Source of the DNA: Bdellovibrionales bacterium
GTDB lineage: Bacteria > Pseudomonadota > Alphaproteobacteria > Micavibrionales > Micavibrionaceae
Direction: 5' to 3'
NCBI GenBank assembly: GCA_037969235.1
Contig: JBBKXA010000091.1
Coordinates: 3,627-67,626 of the forward strand
Length of the DNA: 64,000 nt
The notes under the pieces were generated by a model. That model saw only the letters and a list, made by a program, of their open reading frames with translations. It searched no databases and was not told the DNA's origin. The position numbers and the translations under genes were made by a program. Below, in pieces: positions 10,565-18,991 of this stretch. Each line of letters starts with the position of its first letter. The first letter of the stretch is position 1.

Positions 10565-11911
10565 TTATATTTTTGTAATCCGCGCCACATAAAAGCCGTC
10601 CATACCGCCCAAGGCCGCCTGATGAAACGGCAAAATCCGCAAATCCCCATCATCGGTCAGTGATTCATCATAACCGCCTAATTCTTTGGCTTTGATTGGC
10701 AAGCGTTGTGCATTCGTATGGGTTTGTAAAAAGCGCGCAATTTGCGCCTCACCTTCGGATTTTTGCAATGAACATGTGCAATAAACCAACACACCGCCCA
10801 CCATCAAATTATTAAACGCATTATCCAAAAGCGAAGCTTGCAACACTTCTAGCCGCTCAATATCAACGTTATTTTTTAAATGCAAAACATCAGGATGGCG
10901 GCGGATAGTACCCGTGGCGCTACAAGGGGCATCGAGCAATATATAAGCGACAGGATCGCGAACGCTCCAACGCGCGGCATCTTCGGCAACCACTTCTACC
11001 TGATCAACAAACTTCATCCGCTCCAAATTTTCACGCAAACGTTTAAGACGATTGGCCGAACGATCGAGCGCTGTGACATTCGCCCCAAACGCCGCCAATT
11101 GTAGTGTCTTCCCGCCTGGCGCGGCGCACAAATCATAAACATGCGCCCCTTTTATATCACCAAATAATTGCGCAGGTATCGCCGCCGAAGCATCTTGCAC
11201 CCACCAATGACCTTCATCAAAACCCTGCATTTCTGTAATATTCCCACTGCCCCTAACGCGTAATGTACGTGTTGTAAGCTCGGTCGCTTTGAAATGGCTT
11301 GCCCAATAGGTTTGCGATTGCGGATCACGCAGGAAAATATCCAGCGGCGCTTCAGCCAGATTTGCTTTAGCGATATCCGCCGCAACCCCAAGCCCGTAAT
11401 CCTCAATCCAGATTTTAAGTAACCATTCTGGCGTGTTCAAACGCGTCTCATCCTGCGCGCGTTTCCATGTAAAACCATCGCGCGTAGCGCTACGTAAAAT
11501 CGCATTCACAAAAGCTTTTTGCTTCGGCATCCCCCGAAGCTCGGCCAAACGCACAGACGTGTCTACCGCTGCATGATCCGCCACTTGCATGAATAAAATC
11601 TGACACACACCGATGCGCAAAACATTTTGTAGCGGCGCATTACGTGGTTGATCGCGTTCTACTGCGTGTTCAATAATGCTGTCAATCTGCCCCATACGCC
11701 GCAAAATCGTAGATACCAGCATCCGGACAAACGCCTTATCTTGCGTTGATAACGCCAAAAAACTTGGCTGTGAAACCAGCGCGTGATCTAAAGCCGATTT
11801 ACGCTCCAAAACATCCATAAGCAAATCAAGCGCAGCACTACGTGCCGCCATGCCTTCATCTTCAGGGTTTGCCTTATTTGCATCATCAATAATATCTGCT
11901 GCTTCGTTCAT
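10565..11911 (-). CDS. rsmB: 16S rRNA (cytosine967-C5)-methyltransferase RsmB/Sun
   Basis: An N-terminal NusB-like domain is followed by the SAM motif 'DLCAAPGGKT'. The catalytic cysteine regions 'DAPCSATG' and 'LVYCTCS' are present. Confidence 0.9.
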   Translation of the reverse strand: MNEAADIIDDANKANPEDEGMAARSAALDLLMDVLERKSALDHALVSQPSFLALSTQDKAFVRMLVSTILRRMGQIDSIIEHAVERDQPRNAPLQNVLRIGVCQILFMQVADHAAVDTSVRLAELRGMPKQKAFVNAILRSATRDGFTWKRAQDETRLNTPEWLLKIWIEDYGLGVAADIAKANLAEAPLDIFLRDPQSQTYWASHFKATELTTRTLRVRGSGNITEMQGFDEGHWWVQDASAAIPAQLFGDIKGAHVYDLCAAPGGKTLQLAAFGANVTALDRSANRLKRLRENLERMKFVDQVEVVAEDAARWSVRDPVAYILLDAPCSATGTIRRHPDVLHLKNNVDIERLEVLQASLLDNAFNNLMVGGVLVYCTCSLQKSEGEAQIARFLQTHTNAQRLPIKAKELGGYDESLTDDGDLRILPFHQAALGGMDGFYVARITKI

Positions 11912-12213
11912 GGTTTTTCACCCATAATGTCATGTTCCAAATCATGGGCATAATCAATCAGAGCGTCATAAATTTTCTGCACAAAAGCGCTATCCAATCC
12001 CGCATTATCACCCATTTTAATCGCGCGTGTTTTCACCGCCGCGGCGCGTTCGGGTTGAATGGCCTCCATATGGTTTTTAATTTTATAATGTCCCACCTTG
12101 CGCACCACAGCAAAACGTCGCGCCAGCACATCAATCAACTCACGATCCAGCGCGTCAATCTCAATACGATATACATCCAATTCATTCATAATTTTACTTT
12201 TAACTCTTTGCAT
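11908..12213 (-). CDS. Chorismate mutase (AroQ class, monofunctional)
   Basis: A 101-aa all-helical protein with 'RIEIDALDRELIDVLARRFAVVRKVGHYK', typical of AroQ. Its stop overlaps the rsmB start by 4 bp. Confidence 0.7.
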   Translation of the reverse strand: MQRVKSKIMNELDVYRIEIDALDRELIDVLARRFAVVRKVGHYKIKNHMEAIQPERAAAVKTRAIKMGDNAGLDSAFVQKIYDALIDYAHDLEHDIMGEKP

Positions 12214-12242
12214 TGTCGATCAAATCACTTACATATTGAAGT

Positions 12243-12428
12243 ATGAACAACAAAAAACCAAGTAGTATTGCGCGAAAGACTAACGTGGGCGACGTTTTAT
12301 CTGAAGCTCAGCAGGAAAATCCGAAAACTATTTTTGCAAAGGAAATAAACGGATACGAAGCGCAAGGCTTGAAAGAACCCACACGCTACGGTGACTGGGA
12401 GGTTAAAGGACGATGCTCAGATTTTTAG
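12243..12428 (+). CDS. DUF1674 family protein (SDHAF4-like succinate dehydrogenase assembly factor homolog)
   Basis: The C-terminal signature 'PTRYGDWEVKGRCSDF' is the hallmark ending of DUF1674/SDHAF4 proteins. The 61-aa length fits. Confidence 0.75.
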   Translation: MNNKKPSSIARKTNVGDVLSEAQQENPKTIFAKEINGYEAQGLKEPTRYGDWEVKGRCSDF

Positions 12429-13087
12429 CCATTTTTAGCCTTTTAATTCACCCCATTTCAGCATGGGCACAAAGTGCACAGACATCTGATATAAAAGTGG
12501 TGGAATTATTTACCAGCAAAGGTTGCCCCGCATGCCCGAAAGCTGACCGTGCATTTAACGGCCTGATTGCGCAAAACAACAATGTCATTGGTTTGTCCTG
12601 CCACGTCACATATTTTAACGGCAAAACCAAACATGACGCGCTTTCACAAAAATTCTGTAACGCCCGCCAAGGTGTATACAAATTGGCTTTAAACACGGGC
12701 GGTGTTTACACCCCCATGATGGTTATAAATGGCAAAACTGTCACTACAGGTTTAAAAACAGCCGAGCGCGATGCGGCGTTGAATAAGAATACACAAAAGA
12801 TCAGTCCCATAAATTTGATAAAAAGCGGTCAGTATATTGATATTACTCTGCCGCGCATTGCGCTAGAACAGCCCGTCGATCTCTGGCTCTTTGAAATTCA
12901 AATTCAAGGCACCCAAAGCGGGTATGAGCATTACCAAAACAGCGTGAGCAATATTACAAAACTGCTTGAATGGGATGGCCGACCTCATGAAATGGCCTTC
13001 CCCATAAGCGGCCAAAGCAATAAATCTTACGCCGTTATCGCCCAAACCTATAAAGGCGGCATCATCGCCGCAGGACAAACGCGTTAA
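12413..13087 (+). CDS. DUF1223 domain-containing secreted protein (thioredoxin-like fold, CxxC)
   Basis: It has the signal peptide 'MLRFLAIFSLLIHPISAWA' and the characteristic N-terminal motif 'VVELFTSKGCPACPKAD'. Confidence 0.75.
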   Translation: MLRFLAIFSLLIHPISAWAQSAQTSDIKVVELFTSKGCPACPKADRAFNGLIAQNNNVIGLSCHVTYFNGKTKHDALSQKFCNARQGVYKLALNTGGVYTPMMVINGKTVTTGLKTAERDAALNKNTQKISPINLIKSGQYIDITLPRIALEQPVDLWLFEIQIQGTQSGYEHYQNSVSNITKLLEWDGRPHEMAFPISGQSNKSYAVIAQTYKGGIIAAGQTR

Positions 13088-13089
13088 TC

Positions 13090-13878
13090 TTACGGTTTAA
13101 AATCTACAATTACAGGCACATGATCGGATGGTTTTTCCCAATCCCGCGCATGAGTTAATGCTTCGTAGGCCTTCAATCTGTTTTTCAATGGAGGCGTAAC
13201 CCAAACATGATCCAAACGCCGCCCACGATTAGATTTTTTCCAATCACGATTACGGTATGACCACCAAGTATACGTTTTTTCATCTTCGGCAATAAAATGT
13301 CTTGCACTGTCGACCCATTGCAAAGACTCACGCATCTTATTTAAACGTTCCGTCTCGGGCGGAGTATGCGAAACTACTTTTAGCAATTGCTTGTGTGACC
13401 ATACATCGTGCTCATACGGCGCAATATTGAAATCACCCACCGCTATTAATGGCGAATCGGGCGTGTACGTGTCATTAAACCAATCCGTCATCTCATCAAC
13501 AAAATCAAGTTTATGCGCAAATTTGTCATTCATCAAAACATCCGGCTCATCCCCACCAGCAGGAATATACAAATTGTGAATTTCCGCGCCCTCAATTTTG
13601 GCGGCAATATGGCGGCAATCCTCACGCCCTACACGGTGATGAATGTCTTTTGCGACAAAAGGCACTTTCGACAAAATCGCCAGCCCGTTATAACTCTTCA
13701 TCCCTTGAAAATGTTGGTGCTCGTATCCCATATCACGCAACGCATCGACAGGAAAAAATTCATCCTGTGTCTTGGTTTCCTGTAAACACAAAACATCGGG
13801 CGCAACCTCATCCGTCATCTTTTTAATAAGCGGCAATCGCAATCGCACAGAGTTAATATTCCAAGTCACCAAACGCAT
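13090..13878 (-). CDS. xthA: Exodeoxyribonuclease III
   Basis: Motifs seen are 'VTWNINSVRLR', 'LCLQETK', 'GDFNIAP' and C-terminal 'SDHVPV'. The 262-aa length fits. Confidence 0.95.
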   Translation of the reverse strand: MRLVTWNINSVRLRLPLIKKMTDEVAPDVLCLQETKTQDEFFPVDALRDMGYEHQHFQGMKSYNGLAILSKVPFVAKDIHHRVGREDCRHIAAKIEGAEIHNLYIPAGGDEPDVLMNDKFAHKLDFVDEMTDWFNDTYTPDSPLIAVGDFNIAPYEHDVWSHKQLLKVVSHTPPETERLNKMRESLQWVDSARHFIAEDEKTYTWWSYRNRDWKKSNRGRRLDHVWVTPPLKNRLKAYEALTHARDWEKPSDHVPVIVDFKP

Positions 13879-13904
13879 AAAATATCCTTCATTTTTATAT
13901 AAAT

Positions 13905-14675
13905 CTAATCGCGGTCAACCATAAGTGGCCCCGGCGCTTGCCTCGTCGGCATAATCTCAATACGATTAATATTGCAATGTTCCGGCTGAATAGCCGCCCA
14001 ATACACGCTCTCGGCAATATCCTTCGCCTCTAACGCTTTTGTACCCGCATAAACGCTCGCCGCCTTTTGCGCATCCCCGCCAAAACGTACAGTGGAAAAT
14101 TGAGTCTCCACCATCGCTGGCTCAATATTGGTTACACGTACATTCTTCGCATATAAATCACTGCGCAAGCTCAACGAAAATTGTTTAACAAACGCCTTAA
14201 CGGCGCAATACACATGCCCACCTGGATAGGGGTAATTACCCGCCGTAGAGCCAATATTTATAATGTGCCCACGCCCGCGATCAACCATACCGCCGAGAAT
14301 ATAATGTGTGATCGCCACCAAAGACGAATTATTCATCTCAATCATATCAAGCCAGTCATCAAGCTCACAATCTTGCGCAGGCGATTGCCCAAGCGCACCG
14401 CCGGCATTATTAATCAACAAATCAATATCGCAAAATGCTTTAGGAATAGCCGCCAAAGCGGGCTTGATTGCCGCGCGATCCATAATGTCAAAACAGCACG
14501 TATGAATATCGGCATGATGCGCGGCTTCAAGAGCAGATTTTAGCGCATCTAATTTATCTTGGCTTCGACCATGCAAAACCAATTTCGCCCCAGCCGCGGC
14601 AAATTTTTCTGCAAACGCCTTGCCGAAATCTCCCGTTGCACCAGTAATAAGAACAATTTTAGACGAATAAGTCAT
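13905..14675 (-). CDS. SDR family NAD(P)-dependent oxidoreductase (YdfG-like)
   Basis: It has the Rossmann motif 'ITGATGDFGKAFA', 'NNAG' and the catalytic 'YCAVKAF' (YxxxK). Confidence 0.85.
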   Translation of the reverse strand: MTYSSKIVLITGATGDFGKAFAEKFAAAGAKLVLHGRSQDKLDALKSALEAAHHADIHTCCFDIMDRAAIKPALAAIPKAFCDIDLLINNAGGALGQSPAQDCELDDWLDMIEMNNSSLVAITHYILGGMVDRGRGHIINIGSTAGNYPYPGGHVYCAVKAFVKQFSLSLRSDLYAKNVRVTNIEPAMVETQFSTVRFGGDAQKAASVYAGTKALEAKDIAESVYWAAIQPEHCNINRIEIMPTRQAPGPLMVDRD

Positions 14676-14998
14676 TAAATCGGCAATTTCGTCCCTGGTG
14701 GCAAGCCCATGCCTTCCATCATACCTTCGGTTTCATCCTTGATTTTGGCTTCTTTGGAATCATTTGCATTGTTCACAGCCGCAGTAATAAGATCTTCCAG
14801 CTCTTCTTTATTATTCGCCTCAATCAAACTCGGATCTATTGCAATATTGCGCACAATTCCCGCGCAAGTCATCACAACTTTAACCAAACCACCACCAGAT
14901 TCACCTTGAACCTCGATATCTTTCAGTTTTTCCTGCAATTCCTGCAATTTAAACTGCATTTGTTGCGCTTGTTGCATCATATCTTTGAAATTGAGCAT
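14675..14998 (-). CDS. ybaB: Nucleoid-associated protein YbaB/EbfC
   Basis: A 107-aa protein with 'MMQQAQQMQFKLQELQEKL...VEVQGESGGGLVKV'. It lies directly downstream of dnaX, the conserved arrangement. Confidence 0.9.
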   Translation of the reverse strand: MLNFKDMMQQAQQMQFKLQELQEKLKDIEVQGESGGGLVKVVMTCAGIVRNIAIDPSLIEANNKEELEDLITAAVNNANDSKEAKIKDETEGMMEGMGLPPGTKLPI

Positions 14999-15019
14999 TT
15001 AAACTCTCCTTTTTGTTAT

Positions 15020-16786
15020 TTAAGATTCTGTTTTGTTGGTTACAATTGATTTTATCTCCGCTTCGGGGAAGACCGAAAATATCTCCTTGATTATCGGAAG
15101 CTCCATAATTTCCAAACGCTCAGCTTCCAAAACAGCTTGCGCGGTTTGCGCTAATGTTGGCTGCCCCTCAGCGCTAGAAACACTTACCACCCAGCGGTCA
15201 CCCGTGATGCGTTTGAGCGTTGATGTTAAATCTTGTGTAAGGCGCGGCGGCGCTGATTTTGCGGGATTAATCTCAATCAAACCATCTTTTAACGCCACCA
15301 AATGGGCATATTGATACACATTCGAAGCCAGCAAAACCTCGCCATGTCCCTCCAACAACCCAACAATATCTTCAAGCGTTTTAATCGCACAAACGCCTAA
15401 GGGGGGATCGGATTTTGGAACAATCGCCAGCGCCGCACGCATATCATTATTACCACCGGGAGTACGCGCCACAGGTACGCCATCATCATTTTTTTGTGAA
15501 GCCCCTTGAGGCAGCGCTGTTTTCACAGACGCAGAAACTTGAGATGCACTGTTTTCAGATTTTGAACCAGAAGCGCTAACATATTCTTGCCCCTCCAACT
15601 TCTTCAACAATTCCGCAGGATCAGGCAAATCTGCCGCATAAACCAAACGAATAATAACCATTTCTGCCGCGCTCTGGGGGTTTGGAGCGCTCTGCACTTC
15701 TGCAATGCCTTTTAACAATATTTGCCATGTTTTGGATAGGGTCGGCATTGACAATTTATCCGCCAATTCCGCCGCACGCGCGGCTTGATCCGCCGCCATA
15801 GCATGCTTCATCCCCTTAGTCGCAGGCACAGCCCGAAACTTGGTGAGAATATGAGCCAACGCCAACAAATCTTGCATCAAAACCAACGGATCAGCCCCGC
15901 TACGATACAAATCGTCCATAATCTCCAGCGCTTTTGGCGTCTCACCCGTAAGCACACATTCAAGAAGATCAAGCGAGCGCGCCCTATCCGCAAGCCCAAG
16001 CATACTTTCAACCACATCCGAAGTAATCACATCATCTGTCAACGCCATCGCTTGATCGAGAATTGATAATCCATCACGCACCGAACCATCCGCTGCACGC
16101 GCAATCATCGTCAGCGCCGTCTCATCAGCTTTTTTGCCCTCTTTTTCGCAAATCGAAGCAAAATGGGCGGTCAATGTCGGCACATCTACGCGCCGCAAAT
16201 CAAAACGCTGACACCGCGATAACACCGTAATCGGCACTTTACGAATTTCAGTCGTCGCAAAAATAAATTTCACATGTTCTGGCGGCTCTTCGAGTGTCTT
16301 CAATAACGCATTAAACGCGTTTTTCGACAACATATGCACCTCGTCGATCACGTAAACTTTGTATCGCGCCTGTGTAGGAGCATAACGCACACCTTCAAGA
16401 ATATCACGAATATCATCAACCCCAGTATGGCTAGCGGCATCCATTTCAATCACATCAGGATGGCGATCTTCGGATATAGCCTTACAGATATCGCAATCAT
16501 TTGTAGCCCCCGTCGTCGGATCGCTCTGCCCATCTGGCCCAGCATAATTCAAAGCCTTGGCAATAATCCGCGCCGTCGTCGTTTTACCCACCCCGCGCAC
16601 ACCCGTCAGCATAAAAGCATGCGCAATACGCCCTGAATCAATCGCATTCGTCAGAGTACGCACAAGCGCATCTTGACCGATCAACTCGCTAAAATTCTGC
16701 GGCCTGTACTTACGTGCCAAAACACGATACGGCGCAGTTTTTTCAACAATTGGGGCAGGCGATGTTTTTTGCTTAGCTTCAGGCAT
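15020..16786 (-). CDS. dnaX: DNA polymerase III subunit gamma/tau
   Basis: Motifs seen are Walker A 'GVRGVGKTTTARI', a Cys module 'NDCDICKAI', 'VYVIDEVHMLS' and 'SRCQRFDL'. A low-complexity linker precedes a tau-type C-terminal domain. Confidence 0.95.
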   Translation of the reverse strand: MPEAKQKTSPAPIVEKTAPYRVLARKYRPQNFSELIGQDALVRTLTNAIDSGRIAHAFMLTGVRGVGKTTTARIIAKALNYAGPDGQSDPTTGATNDCDICKAISEDRHPDVIEMDAASHTGVDDIRDILEGVRYAPTQARYKVYVIDEVHMLSKNAFNALLKTLEEPPEHVKFIFATTEIRKVPITVLSRCQRFDLRRVDVPTLTAHFASICEKEGKKADETALTMIARAADGSVRDGLSILDQAMALTDDVITSDVVESMLGLADRARSLDLLECVLTGETPKALEIMDDLYRSGADPLVLMQDLLALAHILTKFRAVPATKGMKHAMAADQAARAAELADKLSMPTLSKTWQILLKGIAEVQSAPNPQSAAEMVIIRLVYAADLPDPAELLKKLEGQEYVSASGSKSENSASQVSASVKTALPQGASQKNDDGVPVARTPGGNNDMRAALAIVPKSDPPLGVCAIKTLEDIVGLLEGHGEVLLASNVYQYAHLVALKDGLIEINPAKSAPPRLTQDLTSTLKRITGDRWVVSVSSAEGQPTLAQTAQAVLEAERLEIMELPIIKEIFSVFPEAEIKSIVTNKTES

Positions 16787-16867
16787 ATATTATATGTAAG
16801 GCGATTCACGATGACGGGCAAGCAAAACCCGCCACTTTTAAAACGACATAAAAAACATACTGGGGGG

Positions 16868-16968
16868 AAATAAAATGGAAGACGGACACGACCCGAAAAA
16901 ATCACTTACGGCTGCTGGCTTTCGCCCCTGACCGGATTGGGCAATCTCTCGCCCGTGCCGCCTTCCAT
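16868..16968 (-). ncRNA. ffs: Signal recognition particle RNA (4.5S/small SRP RNA); ends approximate
   Basis: The minus-strand sequence reads 'GGAAGGCGGCAC...AAUCCGGUCAGGGGCGAAAGCCAGCAGCCGUAAG...GUGUCCGUCUUCC-AUUUUAUUU'. The segment 'GGUCAGG-(GGC GAAA GCC)-AGCAGCC' matches the conserved domain IV core of E. coli 4.5S RNA ('GGUCAGGUCCGGAAGGAAGCAGCC') and carries a GNRA tetraloop. The terminal arms GGAAGGCGGCAC and GUGUCCGUCUUCC pair into a long hairpin followed by a U-rich tail. The position upstream of dnaX is the conserved ffs location. Confidence 0.7.
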
Positions 16969-17041
16969 GTTTGATATATCGTTGATAAACTCTAATTGCA
17001 AGTGTAAGAAAGATAAATTGCCACAAAGAAAGCTAAAATCC

Positions 17042-17815
17042 GTGAAAAAAACCCTGCTGCTCCTATCGACCACAACACTACTATCAGCATGCGTCAGCAA
17101 CGGCACAAGCCCATCACAAGGTATGGATTGGGCTGGCACGGCGCAAAGTGTTCTTAATTCTGGAGTTTTAGGCACGAACGCCTCAAATGGCGCTGGTATC
17201 GGTGCATTAAGCATCGCTGAAATTACAGCAGGTTTGCGCGAAGCCTTAAGCATCGGCTCAACCAATGTAGTGGCACAACTCGGCCAGCAAAACGGCTTTA
17301 ACCTTGATCCAAAAATTCACATCCCATTGCCCGAAAATCTAAAACGCGTAGATTCTGCCCTCTCGGCTATTGGCATGAATAACCTCACCAGCGATTTGGA
17401 ATTGCGCCTTAACCGTGCCGCAGAGGCCGCAACGCCCAAAGCCAAAGCATTATTTTTATCCGCCATTTCGCAAATGACCATTGATGATGCACGCGGCATT
17501 TTAAATGGCCCTCAAGACAGCGCCACACAATATCTGCGCCGCTCAATGGGCGCGCAACTGGGCACTGAAATGCAGCCACTTATTCAAAGCGCACTCGCCC
17601 AGGCAGGCGCTGTACAAGCGTACGACCAAGTCATGGGACAATATGCGCAATTGCCTTTCATGCCGAACGTAAAGGCAGATCTACAAAACTACGTCACCAA
17701 CAAAGCCTTAGACGGCGTATTTTATTATGTGGCACAAGAAGAAGCCGCCATTCGTGCAAACCCCGTAAAACGCACAACGACATTACTTCAAAAAGTATTC
17801 GGCGCCGTTCAATAA
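17042..17815 (+). CDS. DUF4197 domain-containing lipoprotein
   Basis: The track ORF begins at 16937, but that part overlaps the SRP RNA. The in-frame GTG at 17042 gives 'MKKTLLLLSTTTLLSAC' with a lipobox. The body ('GLREALSIGSTNVVAQLGQQNGF...IHIPLPENL') resembles DUF4197 proteins. Confidence 0.65.
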   Translation: MKKTLLLLSTTTLLSACVSNGTSPSQGMDWAGTAQSVLNSGVLGTNASNGAGIGALSIAEITAGLREALSIGSTNVVAQLGQQNGFNLDPKIHIPLPENLKRVDSALSAIGMNNLTSDLELRLNRAAEAATPKAKALFLSAISQMTIDDARGILNGPQDSATQYLRRSMGAQLGTEMQPLIQSALAQAGAVQAYDQVMGQYAQLPFMPNVKADLQNYVTNKALDGVFYYVAQEEAAIRANPVKRTTTLLQKVFGAVQ

Positions 17816-17857
17816 GATGGGCAATAAGACTCGCAATAAAAAACAATCGCATTTCGA

Positions 17858-18991
17858 TTGAAACAGGCAGAGCCATACTGTAAAGCTTCACCCATGGCCC
17901 GCGCGTTAAAAATTCTGAATCGTTTAGCCGAAGCCGATATGGTGTTCTGGCTTATGCCCCCTTTGATGCTGTTGCTGGTCATTGGCACAGTTGCCCAGCG
18001 CTCTATGGGATTATGGCCCGCTCTTGATATGTTTTTCGGAAGTTTTGTAATCTGGGCGGGATTTATCCCATTGCCTGGCGCATATATTTTACTAGGCATC
18101 TTAAGCATTAATCTCGCGCTTAAATTTTTATTGCAAAGCCAATGGAAGTGGCAAAAATCAGGGATTATTTTATCCCATATGGGCGCATTAATTTTAATGT
18201 TTGGCGGATTAGTCACCGCCATAGATGCCGACGAACATTATATGCTGATCGCCGAAAACACTGAAACCCTCTACGCCTACAGCTATGTAGAGCGCGACTT
18301 TACGATCTATGAAGATAAGCAATTAATTCTCAACCTACCCTATGATAAAATCAAAAAATGGGATTTCAGCGCCCTGCCATTTGAAGTCAAAATCAAAAGC
18401 TGGTGCGACCATTGCAACATTTTAAAACGCTTTGAAGCCAAAAATTATAATGAAAGCGAAACCTATCAAGGCATGGCGATGCATATGACCCTGCAAAGCG
18501 CCCCCAAAGAGCCACAGCCCGAAAACAACCTCACGGGCTTCGAATTTGAAATCAATAATAGCGGCGCAGAAGGACATTACATCGCATTTGATGGCATGCC
18601 GAAACCTATTGAGTTCACCCATGATGATAAAAACTATGCATTAATGTTTGGTAAATCACAAATACGCCTACCCTTTACAATTTTTCTCAAAAAATTCACC
18701 AAAGATAATTATGAAGGCACGCAAATGGCACGCGGCTACAGCTCTGATATCATGATCAAAGATGGTGATTTAGAATGGCCAACACGCATCGAAATGAATA
18801 AGCCCATGCGCTACAAAGGTTACACATTTTTTCAATCCTCTTTCGAAAACGATGAAAAAGGTAGCATTAGTATTCTCGCCGTCGTAAAAAACAAAGGCTG
18901 GCTTTTGCCTTACTTCGGAACATTTATCATCAGCATCGGCTTGTTACTTCACCTGATCATAAATATCCGTAGCGTCAGGCGCACGCCATGA
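17858..18991 (+). CDS. ccsB: Cytochrome c biogenesis protein, ResB/CcsB (Ccs1)-like, System II; the start may be the ATG at 17894
   Basis: The N-terminal TM segment carries 'LLLVIGTVAQRS'. A periplasmic domain follows, then the C-terminal 'MNKPMRYKGYTFFQSSF' and a final TM, which is the typical ResB ending. Its stop overlaps the ccsA start (ATGA). Confidence 0.7.
   Translation: MKQAEPYCKASPMARALKILNRLAEADMVFWLMPPLMLLLVIGTVAQRSMGLWPALDMFFGSFVIWAGFIPLPGAYILLGILSINLALKFLLQSQWKWQKSGIILSHMGALILMFGGLVTAIDADEHYMLIAENTETLYAYSYVERDFTIYEDKQLILNLPYDKIKKWDFSALPFEVKIKSWCDHCNILKRFEAKNYNESETYQGMAMHMTLQSAPKEPQPENNLTGFEFEINNSGAEGHYIAFDGMPKPIEFTHDDKNYALMFGKSQIRLPFTIFLKKFTKDNYEGTQMARGYSSDIMIKDGDLEWPTRIEMNKPMRYKGYTFFQSSFENDEKGSISILAVVKNKGWLLPYFGTFIISIGLLLHLIINIRSVRRTP

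Noticed and set aside
16906-17265. A 119-aa minus-strand ORF, and the first 35 codons (16937-17041) of the 292-aa plus-strand ORF.
   Set aside because: Both overlap the SRP RNA hairpin. The plus-strand protein gains a proper lipoprotein signal only from the GTG at 17042, and the minus-strand ORF is antisense to that gene.
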